Positions 15,849-24,800 of a stretch of 64,000 nucleotides of DNA are shown here, one piece after another (the stretch's first letter is position 1; each line of letters opens with the position of its first letter). The notes beneath the pieces were generated by a model. It worked only from the letters and a program-made list of their open reading frames with translations, was not told where the DNA came from and searched no databases. The position numbers and the translations under genes are program-made. Source of the DNA: an uncultured Victivallales bacterium (lineage in GTDB: Bacteria; Verrucomicrobiota; Lentisphaeria; Victivallales; UBA1829); assembly GCA_934644965.1 (NCBI GenBank), contig CAKUDG010000005.1, forward strand, positions 264 through 64,263, given 5' to 3'.

Positions 15849-18572
15849 GTGGCAATGAAGAAAAACCTCTTTCAGGTCAGCGGAATGAGCTGCGCCGCAT
15901 GCCGGAATCATGTGGAAAAAGCCGTGAGGAAAGTTCCGGGAGTGCGGGAAGTGGAAGTCCATTTGATTACTGGCGTCATGACCGTCGTCTGCGATTTCCT
16001 GCCGGATGAGGGGGAGGCGGAAACCAGGATTATCCGCGCAGTGGAAAAAGCGGGTTACGGGGCTTCGCCCCTGCCCTCTTCTTCCTCTCTGCTCTCCTCT
16101 TCCGCGCGGACAGCAGATCGCGGTGGGAAAACAACGGCAGCAGGGAAACGCCTGACTTCTCCTCCATCCGGCAGGGTGACACCTTCTGAAAGAGCGGATC
16201 GGGAAGCGGCATTCCTGAAACGTTGTTTTCTTCAGTCGCTTCTGTTTCTGATTCCGCTTCTGTACCTTTCCATGCATACGATGCTCTGTCTGCCGTTTCC
16301 CCAGGCACTGGAGGGGAAGGCGCAGGGTCTGCCGGGGGCGCTGGTCCAGATTCTGCTTCTGCTGCCGATCCTGCTGATCAACAGGAGATTTTTCAAATCA
16401 GGGGCGGGGACTCTGCTCCGGGGTGCGCCGAACATGGATTCCCTGGTCGCCATCGGTTCCGGAGCGGCGGTCTGCTACGGGATTCTCACCCTGGCGAGGA
16501 CGTGCTTCCAGGCAGCAGGAGAAGGAGCGGCGGCAACTGCAGCGACTGGAGGAACCGGAGGCAGCGGATGGGGCGGCGGAGAAGCGCTGTATTTTGAATC
16601 CGCCGGCATGATCCTCACTCTCATTACACTGGGAAAATATCTGGAGGCGAAATCCAGGGGAAAAACCACAGCGGCACTCTCAAAACTTCTCACGCTGGCG
16701 CCGGAAACGGCATTTGTCATCCGGGATGGAGGAAGAGAAATGGAAATTCCGGTGGAGGAAGTGCTGGAGGGGGATCTGATCGTCATCCGCCCCGGGCAGT
16801 CGATTCCTGTCGACGGCACGGTGACAGAGGGGGTCTCCTCCGTGAATCAGTCCGCCATCACAGGGGAGAGTCTTCCTGTGGAAAAACACCCGGGCGACAA
16901 GGTGTTTTCCGCAAGCATCAACGGTCACGGCACATTCCGTTTCCGTGCGGAGGAGGTGGGGGAGAACACCACATTGTCCAAAATCATCCGCCTGGTGGAG
17001 GAGGCGGCAAATTCCAAGGCGCCAATTGCGAGACTTGCGGACAGGATCAGCGGAGTGTTCGTCCCTGCGGTCATCGGGATTGCCGTGCTGACCTTCGCAG
17101 GATGGATGCTTGCGGGGGCGGAGACGGGTTTTGCCCTTTCCTGCGCCGTTGCCGTGCTGGTGGTGTCCTGCCCCTGCGCACTCGGTCTGGCGACTCCGGT
17201 CGCAGTCATGACGGCCGCGGGAAAAGGGGCGGAATACGGAATCCTCTTCAAATCCGCCGTGGCGCTGGAAAATGCAAACGCAGTCAACTGTGTCGTCCTT
17301 GACAAAACGGGGACCGTGACGGAAGGCAGACCGAAAGTCGTTGCCCTGGTCCCCGCTGAAGGATTCCCGGAACAGGAGCTGCTGCTTCTGGCAGCCTCTC
17401 TGGAAAAAGCCTCCGAACACCCCCTCGCCCAGGCCGTGCAGGCCGAGGCGGAAAAAAGACGGATGCAGCTGCTGCCCGTGGAACAGTTCCGTGCCGTTCC
17501 AGGACAGGGAATCGCAGGACAGATCCGGGGGAAGAACTGTCTGGCAGGGAACGAAGCGTTTTTGAAGGGAAACGGTGTGGTGGAACTGCCCCCTCTCCTC
17601 TCGGAAAATGCGTCAAGACTTGCGGAAGAAGGAAACACGCCGCTCTTCTTCGCGGAAAACGGAAAGGCTGCGGGATTCATCGCCGTCGCGGATCCACTGA
17701 AAAAAGACAGCATAAGAGCATTGCGGGCTTTTGAGGAAATGAAAATCGAAGTGGTCATGATGACGGGAGACAGCCGCAGAAGTGCAGACGCTGTCGGGAG
17801 ACGTCTCGGCATCAGGCGGATTCTTTCCGAAGTCCTGCCGCAGGACAAGGAACGCGAACTGCGGAGACTTCAGGAAGAGGAAGGAAAAAAGACCGCAATG
17901 ATCGGTGACGGAATCAACGATGCGCCAGCCCTCGTCCGCGCGGATCTCGGAATCGCAATCGGGGCGGGAACGGACATCGCCATCGAATCCGCTGACGTCG
18001 TTCTGCTGAAAAGCGCTCTCACGGACGCGGTCACGGCTCTTCAGCTCGGCAGAGCCGTCATCAGGAACATCCGGATGAATCTTTTCTGGGCCTTCTTCTA
18101 CAACTGTGCCGGAATCCCGCTCGCGGCGGGACTGTTCCAGCCAGTCCTCGGGTGGACTCTGAATCCGGAATTCGCTGCCGCGGCAATGTGCCTGAGTTCG
18201 GTTTCCGTGGTGACGAATGCTCTCAGACTCCGATTCTTCCATCCCTCCCTTCCCCCGGAGGAGGAGGAAGAGGAAACAGCAGAAGAAAAGACAAAACCGG
18301 AGGTTTTTTTACAGAATACAATTGAAACTCAAAAGGAGAACGGAGTCATGAGAAGAAAAATCATTTCTGTGGAAGGTATGACGTGCGCTCACTGCAAGGC
18401 GTCGGTGGAAAAGGCGTTGAAAAAGATGGACGGCGTTGCAGATGCACAAGTCAGCCTGGAGGAAAAAGCGGCTGTCGTCACCCTGATGTCCGATGTCCCG
18501 GACGATCTCCTTATCAAAACCGTCAACGATCTCGATTTTCAGGCCGTCTCCGTCCGGGACGAAAAAGGATAA
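15849..18572 (+). CDS. copA: copper-translocating P1B-type ATPase with N- and C-terminal heavy-metal-associated domains
   Basis: HMA GMSCAACRNHVEKAV, CPCALGLATP, DKTGTVT, MTGDSRRSA, GDGINDAPAL, and a C-terminal second HMA GMTCAHCKASVEKAL in the same frame. Start is GTG 15849 or ATG 15855. Confidence 0.95.
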   Translation: MAMKKNLFQVSGMSCAACRNHVEKAVRKVPGVREVEVHLITGVMTVVCDFLPDEGEAETRIIRAVEKAGYGASPLPSSSSLLSSSARTADRGGKTTAAGKRLTSPPSGRVTPSERADREAAFLKRCFLQSLLFLIPLLYLSMHTMLCLPFPQALEGKAQGLPGALVQILLLLPILLINRRFFKSGAGTLLRGAPNMDSLVAIGSGAAVCYGILTLARTCFQAAGEGAAATAATGGTGGSGWGGGEALYFESAGMILTLITLGKYLEAKSRGKTTAALSKLLTLAPETAFVIRDGGREMEIPVEEVLEGDLIVIRPGQSIPVDGTVTEGVSSVNQSAITGESLPVEKHPGDKVFSASINGHGTFRFRAEEVGENTTLSKIIRLVEEAANSKAPIARLADRISGVFVPAVIGIAVLTFAGWMLAGAETGFALSCAVAVLVVSCPCALGLATPVAVMTAAGKGAEYGILFKSAVALENANAVNCVVLDKTGTVTEGRPKVVALVPAEGFPEQELLLLAASLEKASEHPLAQAVQAEAEKRRMQLLPVEQFRAVPGQGIAGQIRGKNCLAGNEAFLKGNGVVELPPLLSENASRLAEEGNTPLFFAENGKAAGFIAVADPLKKDSIRALRAFEEMKIEVVMMTGDSRRSADAVGRRLGIRRILSEVLPQDKERELRRLQEEEGKKTAMIGDGINDAPALVRADLGIAIGAGTDIAIESADVVLLKSALTDAVTALQLGRAVIRNIRMNLFWAFFYNCAGIPLAAGLFQPVLGWTLNPEFAAAAMCLSSVSVVTNALRLRFFHPSLPPEEEEEETAEEKTKPEVFLQNTIETQKENGVMRRKIISVEGMTCAHCKASVEKALKKMDGVADAQVSLEEKAAVVTLMSDVPDDLLIKTVNDLDFQAVSVRDEKG

Positions 18573-18581
18573 AAGCGCAAC

Positions 18582-18623
18582 AGAAGAAGAGAAGCCTTTT
18601 CTCTTCTCTCTTCTTCTTTTTTT
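18582..18623 (+). terminator. rho-independent terminator of copA
   Basis: AGAAGAAGAGAAG-ccttttct-CTTCTCTCTTCTTCT (13 bp stem with a 2-nt bulge) followed by T7, 10 nt after the stop. Confidence 0.6.
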
Positions 18624-18696
18624 CCCGTTCTCCTTTCTTGTCCGCTTTCCGGTTCTTTTTTCCTGCTCTCCGGAGAGTGCCCGAGGAAGGGGGTAT

Positions 18697-19518
18697 TCAG
18701 ATCTCAAACTCAAGTCCGTCGTAACAGACCGTGATCCCGTTCGGGGAAAAGAACGCTTCCATATCGGCATGAAGAGGCGCTCCGTTATGCGAGAAATGGT
18801 TGGTGAAGACCAGGGAGGACGGAGTGAGGGCGCCGATACGGAGAAGTTCGTCCCGGAAAGCGAGAGTTTTATCTCCGTCGAGATGCCCGTCATAATTCAT
18901 CTTTCTGAGCGGACTGGTCGATTCAATGACGGCCGCATCCAGAGCGGCATCCCTGACCATTTCCCAGGACTCGCTCTTCCACCATCCTGTATCGTTGGCT
19001 ATCAGAATCTTTTTCCCGTTTCTCTCCAGGACGAAATTCAGCGCCGTTTCCTCCGGGGAGGCATGAGAGGCCTCAATCGGAAAAATCCGGATGTCTCCGG
19101 ATGTCACGGAAACACCGGGGGAAAGAAGATGCTCCCGGATCTTGTGCAGAGAAAAGCCCGGAGCCGGGATCTGGGCAAGAATCCGGTTCAGGGAACTCTG
19201 GTTCGCATACAGATCAATTTCCTTCGTCACATGGGAGAAGCCGGGCCGCCGCCAGGAAAGATCTACGGGGTTCAGATGATCTTCGTGGGAATGAGTGATC
19301 AGAATCCGGCGGATCCGGGTAAGGTCAATGTCGAACTCCAGAGTCTGTGCATAGATGTCGGGCCCGAAATCAACGAGAGTATCGTCGTCGATCAGATAAC
19401 AGGTCCGTCGGCGGACGTCGCACCCCTTGTTTTTCCTTGCATGAGCGCAGACCGGACATTCACACCACAGTGCGGGAACAGCTTCTGCAGCAGAGGATCC
19501 CAGAACTTTGATTTTCAT
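18697..19518 (-). CDS. MBL-fold metallo-hydrolase (PhnP-like)
   Basis: ITHSHEDHLNP metal motif and an N-terminal Cys cluster WCECPVCAHARKN, as in PhnP-like enzymes. Confidence 0.85.
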   Translation of the reverse strand: MKIKVLGSSAAEAVPALWCECPVCAHARKNKGCDVRRRTCYLIDDDTLVDFGPDIYAQTLEFDIDLTRIRRILITHSHEDHLNPVDLSWRRPGFSHVTKEIDLYANQSSLNRILAQIPAPGFSLHKIREHLLSPGVSVTSGDIRIFPIEASHASPEETALNFVLERNGKKILIANDTGWWKSESWEMVRDAALDAAVIESTSPLRKMNYDGHLDGDKTLAFRDELLRIGALTPSSLVFTNHFSHNGAPLHADMEAFFSPNGITVCYDGLEFEI

Positions 19519-19844
19519 GGCAGCAACCTTCCTGGTGATATCGCGGGGGAAAAATCAGCGGGGAAAAAGAAAATGGAAATGAGAAAGAAAAAGAGGGAGA
19601 TACGGTTCTGAGTTCCCGGCAAAAAAAGAAAGGGGGGAAAAAAACGCAGATTCCATCTTCTTTTCCCCCGGCCCCTCCCCCGCACACACGCTCTTCAAAT
19701 CTCTCTTTTCACATCTTCCTTTTCCGTTCTGAGTTCCTGAAGGGGGGGGAAAAGCATCGTTTCTCCCCTTTCCTTCAGTCTTTTCTCCGCGGACTTTTTA
19801 CGGATATGAAAGCCTTTTCCCGATCTTTCCGAAACACGGTTTCA

Positions 19845-20654
19845 TCAGAATTCGGGAAGTCTTGTCGTTTTTTCAAATTCCTCATTAACGAACGCCGCGG
19901 GGAGCAGCGCTTCCGTCAGCGGATCGGCATCCGGGGCACAGAATCCCAGCGGGTTGTGGCGGATCCAGCCTTCCGCATACGCATAACGGCAGGACATGCG
20001 CCCGAAATAGACGCCTCTGTCCACAAGATCCTGAATATAGGCGTTGTTTCCCTGGCTGATGTCCAGCCATGACTGCTGGCTTTTATGGCAGGCCAGCATC
20101 TGTTTCTTGGTTTCCATGACCGATGTGATGTCCACGAAGATTCCTGGAATCACGGGGCGGCGGAGTCCGTCTGACAAACTGTGGGGCATGGAATGATACA
20201 CCGTCACAGGATCATCGAATTTCTGCGAGGGACGGCAGCACTTCGCATTGCCCATCCCGCGGCAGAAAACCGCTGAAACGGCGAGACGTCCCGCGTTCAC
20301 GTGATCCTCCATGTAATCATAGGGCCCGTGGGTCAGGACAATGGAGGGACGGACGTCGCGGATCTCCGGAAGCAGCTTCCCGAAGAGCTCCTGATTGTAG
20401 AACACCTCCAGATCGTCGCAGATGCTCTCATGATAATGGAAGCCGGCGATGGCGCAGGAATTCATGGCTTCTTCGCGGCGCATTTTCACGATGGTGGGAT
20501 AATCGTATTTTTCCGTCCCCAGACTGCCGTTGGCGATGTTCATGTAATGGACCTCGTATCCGACTTCCTTCAGACGGAGAAGCGTGCCGGCCATCCCGAA
20601 TTCAATGTCGTCGGGGTGACAGGCGACGGCCATAACCACTTTTCTTTCAGACAT
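19845..20654 (-). CDS. PIG-L/LmbE-family N-acetylglucosaminyl deacetylase
   Basis: VMAVACHPDDIEFGMAGTLL (the family's HPDD motif). ATG 20654 is preceded by AAAGGAG; the ORF extends to 20717. Confidence 0.85.
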   Translation of the reverse strand: MSERKVVMAVACHPDDIEFGMAGTLLRLKEVGYEVHYMNIANGSLGTEKYDYPTIVKMRREEAMNSCAIAGFHYHESICDDLEVFYNQELFGKLLPEIRDVRPSIVLTHGPYDYMEDHVNAGRLAVSAVFCRGMGNAKCCRPSQKFDDPVTVYHSMPHSLSDGLRRPVIPGIFVDITSVMETKKQMLACHKSQQSWLDISQGNNAYIQDLVDRGVYFGRMSCRYAYAEGWIRHNPLGFCAPDADPLTEALLPAAFVNEEFEKTTRLPEF

Positions 20655-20697
20655 GATGCTTCTTCTCCTTTTCTCAGCTTCTCTTTCCGGATTTCTC

Positions 20698-21624
20698 TCA
20701 GTGCATTTCCACGTCACAGGTCCCGAAGCCGAGGCGGAAGAAGCTGAACGTCACATCCGGATGATCCGAAAGCAGGGACATCGGCACTGCGCTGTCCGCA
20801 ATCTTCTTGGAAATCATGTAGGTGCTCAGGCGCATCCCGAACGGATTGTCGTGGTGTCCCGGATGCCAGATGGAGATCTTTTCCGCCTTCCAGGTCTGAA
20901 GCGGCCCCACGGTGACGGCCTGGCTCGGAACATTCTGAACCGTCCCTCCCCCGGACGTGCGCGCATTCTGGATCAGCGTAATCGGATGCAGATTCACCAC
21001 CCGGGTGGAGAGGCGGCGGTATTCCTCCGGAGTCGGGGGATTGTCCTGATAACGACCTTCCCGTTTGACCGGATCATTGAACGCCCAGTGTTTCGTTTCA
21101 CCCTGTCCACCCTGCATGAGCACGCAACGGAAACGGTCCCAGGACTCCACATATTTTTCCGGATTCTCGGAGGGGAAATGAAGATTTTCCGCTGGCATCG
21201 CCAGTTCCGGACGGATCCGGTTGAAGCAGAGTTCCATATCCGCTTTCGCAAAACCGAGCGGGAAATGAATGTCTGCCGCCTTCCCGTCGACAATCCATTC
21301 ATCCATGCCCCAGAAATGACAGTTCTTCAGATTCAGATTCATGGCATTGACCATCTGGGCCACAATCGGAAGCTGTTCGGTCGGGCCGATGGGGCCGCAG
21401 ACGCCGCAGGGACGTTCAGGAGTCGCCTGAAGCCAGGCACTGATATATTCCAGAGCTTCAGCGGCATAAAATTCCTGAATCGTGTCGTAAATATTGATTT
21501 TGAAGCCGGGGCGTTCGTAATCCTTCAGGGTATCGATCGTGATTTTGGCGGCCTCGTCAAGAATACTTCTGTCCAGGGTCGTGTAATCCCACCATTCCGG
21601 TGCGAGTTTGCTGAGTGCTCTCAT
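20698..21624 (-). CDS. glucosamine-6-phosphate deaminase/isomerase-like protein (NagB superfamily)
   Basis: CHFWGMDEW and [15 protein letters not shown] resemble the NagB DEY and GHiAFNEP motifs. Start is 21624 or 21636. Confidence 0.75.
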   Translation of the reverse strand: MRALSKLAPEWWDYTTLDRSILDEAAKITIDTLKDYERPGFKINIYDTIQEFYAAEALEYISAWLQATPERPCGVCGPIGPTEQLPIVAQMVNAMNLNLKNCHFWGMDEWIVDGKAADIHFPLGFAKADMELCFNRIRPELAMPAENLHFPSENPEKYVESWDRFRCVLMQGGQGETKHWAFNDPVKREGRYQDNPPTPEEYRRLSTRVVNLHPITLIQNARTSGGGTVQNVPSQAVTVGPLQTWKAEKISIWHPGHHDNPFGMRLSTYMISKKIADSAVPMSLLSDHPDVTFSFFRLGFGTCDVEMH

Positions 21625-21829
21625 CTTTCCTTGCATCCTTTCGCGTTTGGATTGTAACGGTTGTGAAACGGATTTTTCCGGAGCTAATCTACAGTCTTCC
21701 CCGACGTTTTCAAGCGCTTCCCGGGCTCATTCGAGAAACTTTTCCCCTGTTCCTCCGCCTGCGCGGCGACTCCGGACAATGTTGCCGGAACCGGGAGAAA
21801 GAGACAAGGGGTAAACGGCTCGTCCGGGA

Positions 21830-24800
21830 TCATCCCGGAGCGGAAGAAGAAGATTTTTTCCCCGGAAGCAGAACCTCTCGGATCATTTTTTCAAGAGACG
21901 CCGCTGTGATCGGCTTGAGAAGGATGGAGTCAAAGACTTTTTCCTGCGCGGAAAGGGCTTCGGCGTCCGCAGTGACGGCGATGACGGGAAGAGCGATGCC
22001 GGGATCGGAAAGGATCTGCCCGGCCAATTCGGCTCCGCTCATGCCCGGCATCCAGATATCTGTCAGAACCGCGTCAAAGCGGAGCTGCCTTTCTTTCAGA
22101 AGACGCAGCGCCTCAGGGCCGGAATACGCCAGGGTACACTCCACGTTCAGTCTGTTCAGAATAGCCTGAAGGAGTTTCAGATTCATCGGGACGTCGTCGA
22201 CCAAAAGCATGCGGATCGGGGCGCGGGCGCTGTCTCCGGACGCGGTCTTTCCGGGAGGATTCTCCCGGTTCCGGAGCGCTCCTTCCCGCACGGGTCCCCC
22301 GCCCGGAGTTTTTCCCTCTTTCTTTTTCTCCTTTTCCTCCGGAAGGAATTTCACCGGGTCGGTTCCTTCCGCAAGCTGCCGCTCCTCCGGCGGAGAGTCA
22401 TTGCCGGAATCATATGCCACATCCTCCAGGACAACGGTGAAGACACTGCCTTCCCCTGGTGTGCTCTCCAGATGGATCGTCCCCCCCATCCGGTCGACCA
22501 GTCTGCGGCAGATGGCAAGCCCCAGGCCGGATCCTTCATAAATATGATTCCCGCGCGCCGAATTCTCCTCTCGGACAAAGGGGTCAAAAATCTTCCGGAC
22601 ATATTCGGGGGAAATCCCTATCCCCGTGTCGCTCACCTGAATCGAAAGAATCCCCGACGCATGTCCGGGACGCGGACAGAAAAAGACCGAGAGACTCACC
22701 TCTCCGAACGGCGTGAACTTCACCGCGTTCCCCAGAAGATTGAACACCACCTGACGCAGACGGAGATGATCCACATACAACGGCCTCTCCAGACCCGACA
22801 CATGACTGCGGACCGTCAGATTCTTTTCCTTCGCCTTCAGTTTGAACACGGAGACGGCCTCCTTCACAAGCTCCGTCATGTCCGTCCTGACAGGCAGCAT
22901 GTTCAGCTGCCCCGCCTCCAGGCTCGAAAGATCCAGAACCCCGTTCACCAGATTCAAAAGCGCATTCCCCGCCATATGGATCGAACGCAGATACTCCTCC
23001 TGCTCTTCACGGTCGACCACACCGCTCTGGAGAAGTTCGCTGAAGCCGATCACGGCGTTCAGGGGCGTGCGCAGTTCGTGACTGACCGTCGCGATGAAAT
23101 AGCTTTTTGCCCGGTCCGCCGCCTGCGCCAGTTCCATGGCTTTTTGAAGTTCCTGCTTCTGGCGCGTAATCTCCGTGATGTCCACATCTGACACCAGGAC
23201 CGAACTGATCCTTCCCTGACGGTCCAGCAGAGGCTGGGCCGTCGAAAGAAAACGTCTTCCTTTGAAAAATTCATGCTCGGCGCTCTGCATTCTGCCCGTT
23301 TTCAGAGCCAGGCGCATCGGACACCAGTCCGGTGGCTCCGGAGCCCGGCAGAACACGCTGTAGCATTTCTCTCCGCGGATTTCATCCAGATTGCGTCCAG
23401 TTTCCTTCAGTGCGCTGGGATTCGCCGCAATGATCCCGTAGTTCGGGTCCAGAATCGTAATCGGTATGGAAATGCTGTTCACAATCTGGCGCTGGAGTGC
23501 AACGCTGTCCTCAATCCGCGCAATCTGGCGCTGACGCTCACGGGCAAGAAGAAACAGATTGGAAATGCTGTGCAGCATCAGCACATCGCAATCGGAAAAT
23601 TCCCGCCCCGCATGGACAAACTCCATTCCCACAACCCCCTGGACATCCCCTTGCGCAGGAAAACCGCTCAGCAGCAGAGAACGGATCCCACGCTTCCGGA
23701 GAGACTCCGCCACAGCTTCCAGGCCCTTTGGAACTGCATCCATGTCCGAAAGAATCAGATATTTGCGCGTTCGGAGAACGTGTTCCCATTCCGCCGGGAA
23801 AGTGCTGCGGTGCAGAAGGAAAGGGCTCCCACCGGAACCCGTGTCCGGAGGAGATGATGATGAAGAAGGAGAAGACGCCTCTTTCTTCTTCGCCTCCTCC
23901 CTGAGCCCGGTCCTGCCGTTTTCCGCTTCCACCTTCTCCGGAACACCGGGGGAGTGCTGCTGCGGCGGGGACTGCGGGAATGGCTGCTCCTGAGAAATCT
24001 GCTGCGACGGAGAAGAAGCGGCGGCGGAATCCCGCACCCATTCGTATTCGCAATCGACGGGATTGCTGTTTTCGTCCCGGAGACGGACAAGATAACAGCG
24101 GTCGGCACCGGCATTTTCGCCGATGATCCGGAGCATGTCGTTCACAGCGCGGTTGAAATCGTTTTCCAGAGTGATGCGTGTCAGGGACTCGTTGAAGATG
24201 CGTTCGCTTCTGGAAAAATCGTTCAGGCGGCGGATCGTCTGTTTCTGCTGTTCTTCCAGAGCGTACTGGTCGGAAATGTCGATGCCCATCCCGATCAGGA
24301 GACGGGTGCCGTTAGACTGGCGGATGACGTTCTTGATCGTGCGGACAACCAGTTTCTGATTGTTTTCGTTGGTCAGGAATTCACGCATGTCCATGCTGCC
24401 GCCGGATTCCAGGAGCTTGAGGTCGTCGCGGCGGAATTTTTCGGCGGCTTCGTCGTCGAGCGTGAAGATGTCGCGGTCGAAACGGCCGATGACCCGTTCG
24501 GACTTGACGCCTGTCAGATTTTCAAAGCCGTGATTGCACATGACATAGCGGAAATCGTCGTCGGCATTTTTCACAAAGAGATAGCCCGGGAGATTGTTCA
24601 TGATGCTGCCGAGAAGATTGAGATTGTCACGGTATCGGATTTCATTTTCCCGGGCGCGGGTGATATCCTGAATGACGCCGCAGAATTCCCTGCCTTCGCC
24701 GGAATGATCGTCGCTGCGTTCCATTCGTATTTCATAGTAGCGTTTTCCGGATGGGGTGTTGACGGAAAACAGAACGTTCAGTTCACTGGTCTTTCCGCTC

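Noticed and set aside
19650-19690. A G-quadruplex-forming C/G-run cluster (CCCCCGGCCCCTCCCCC).
   Set aside because: Only three runs occur in close proximity, and a canonical quadruplex needs four. The observation is covered by the general homopolymer and R/Y-tract findings.
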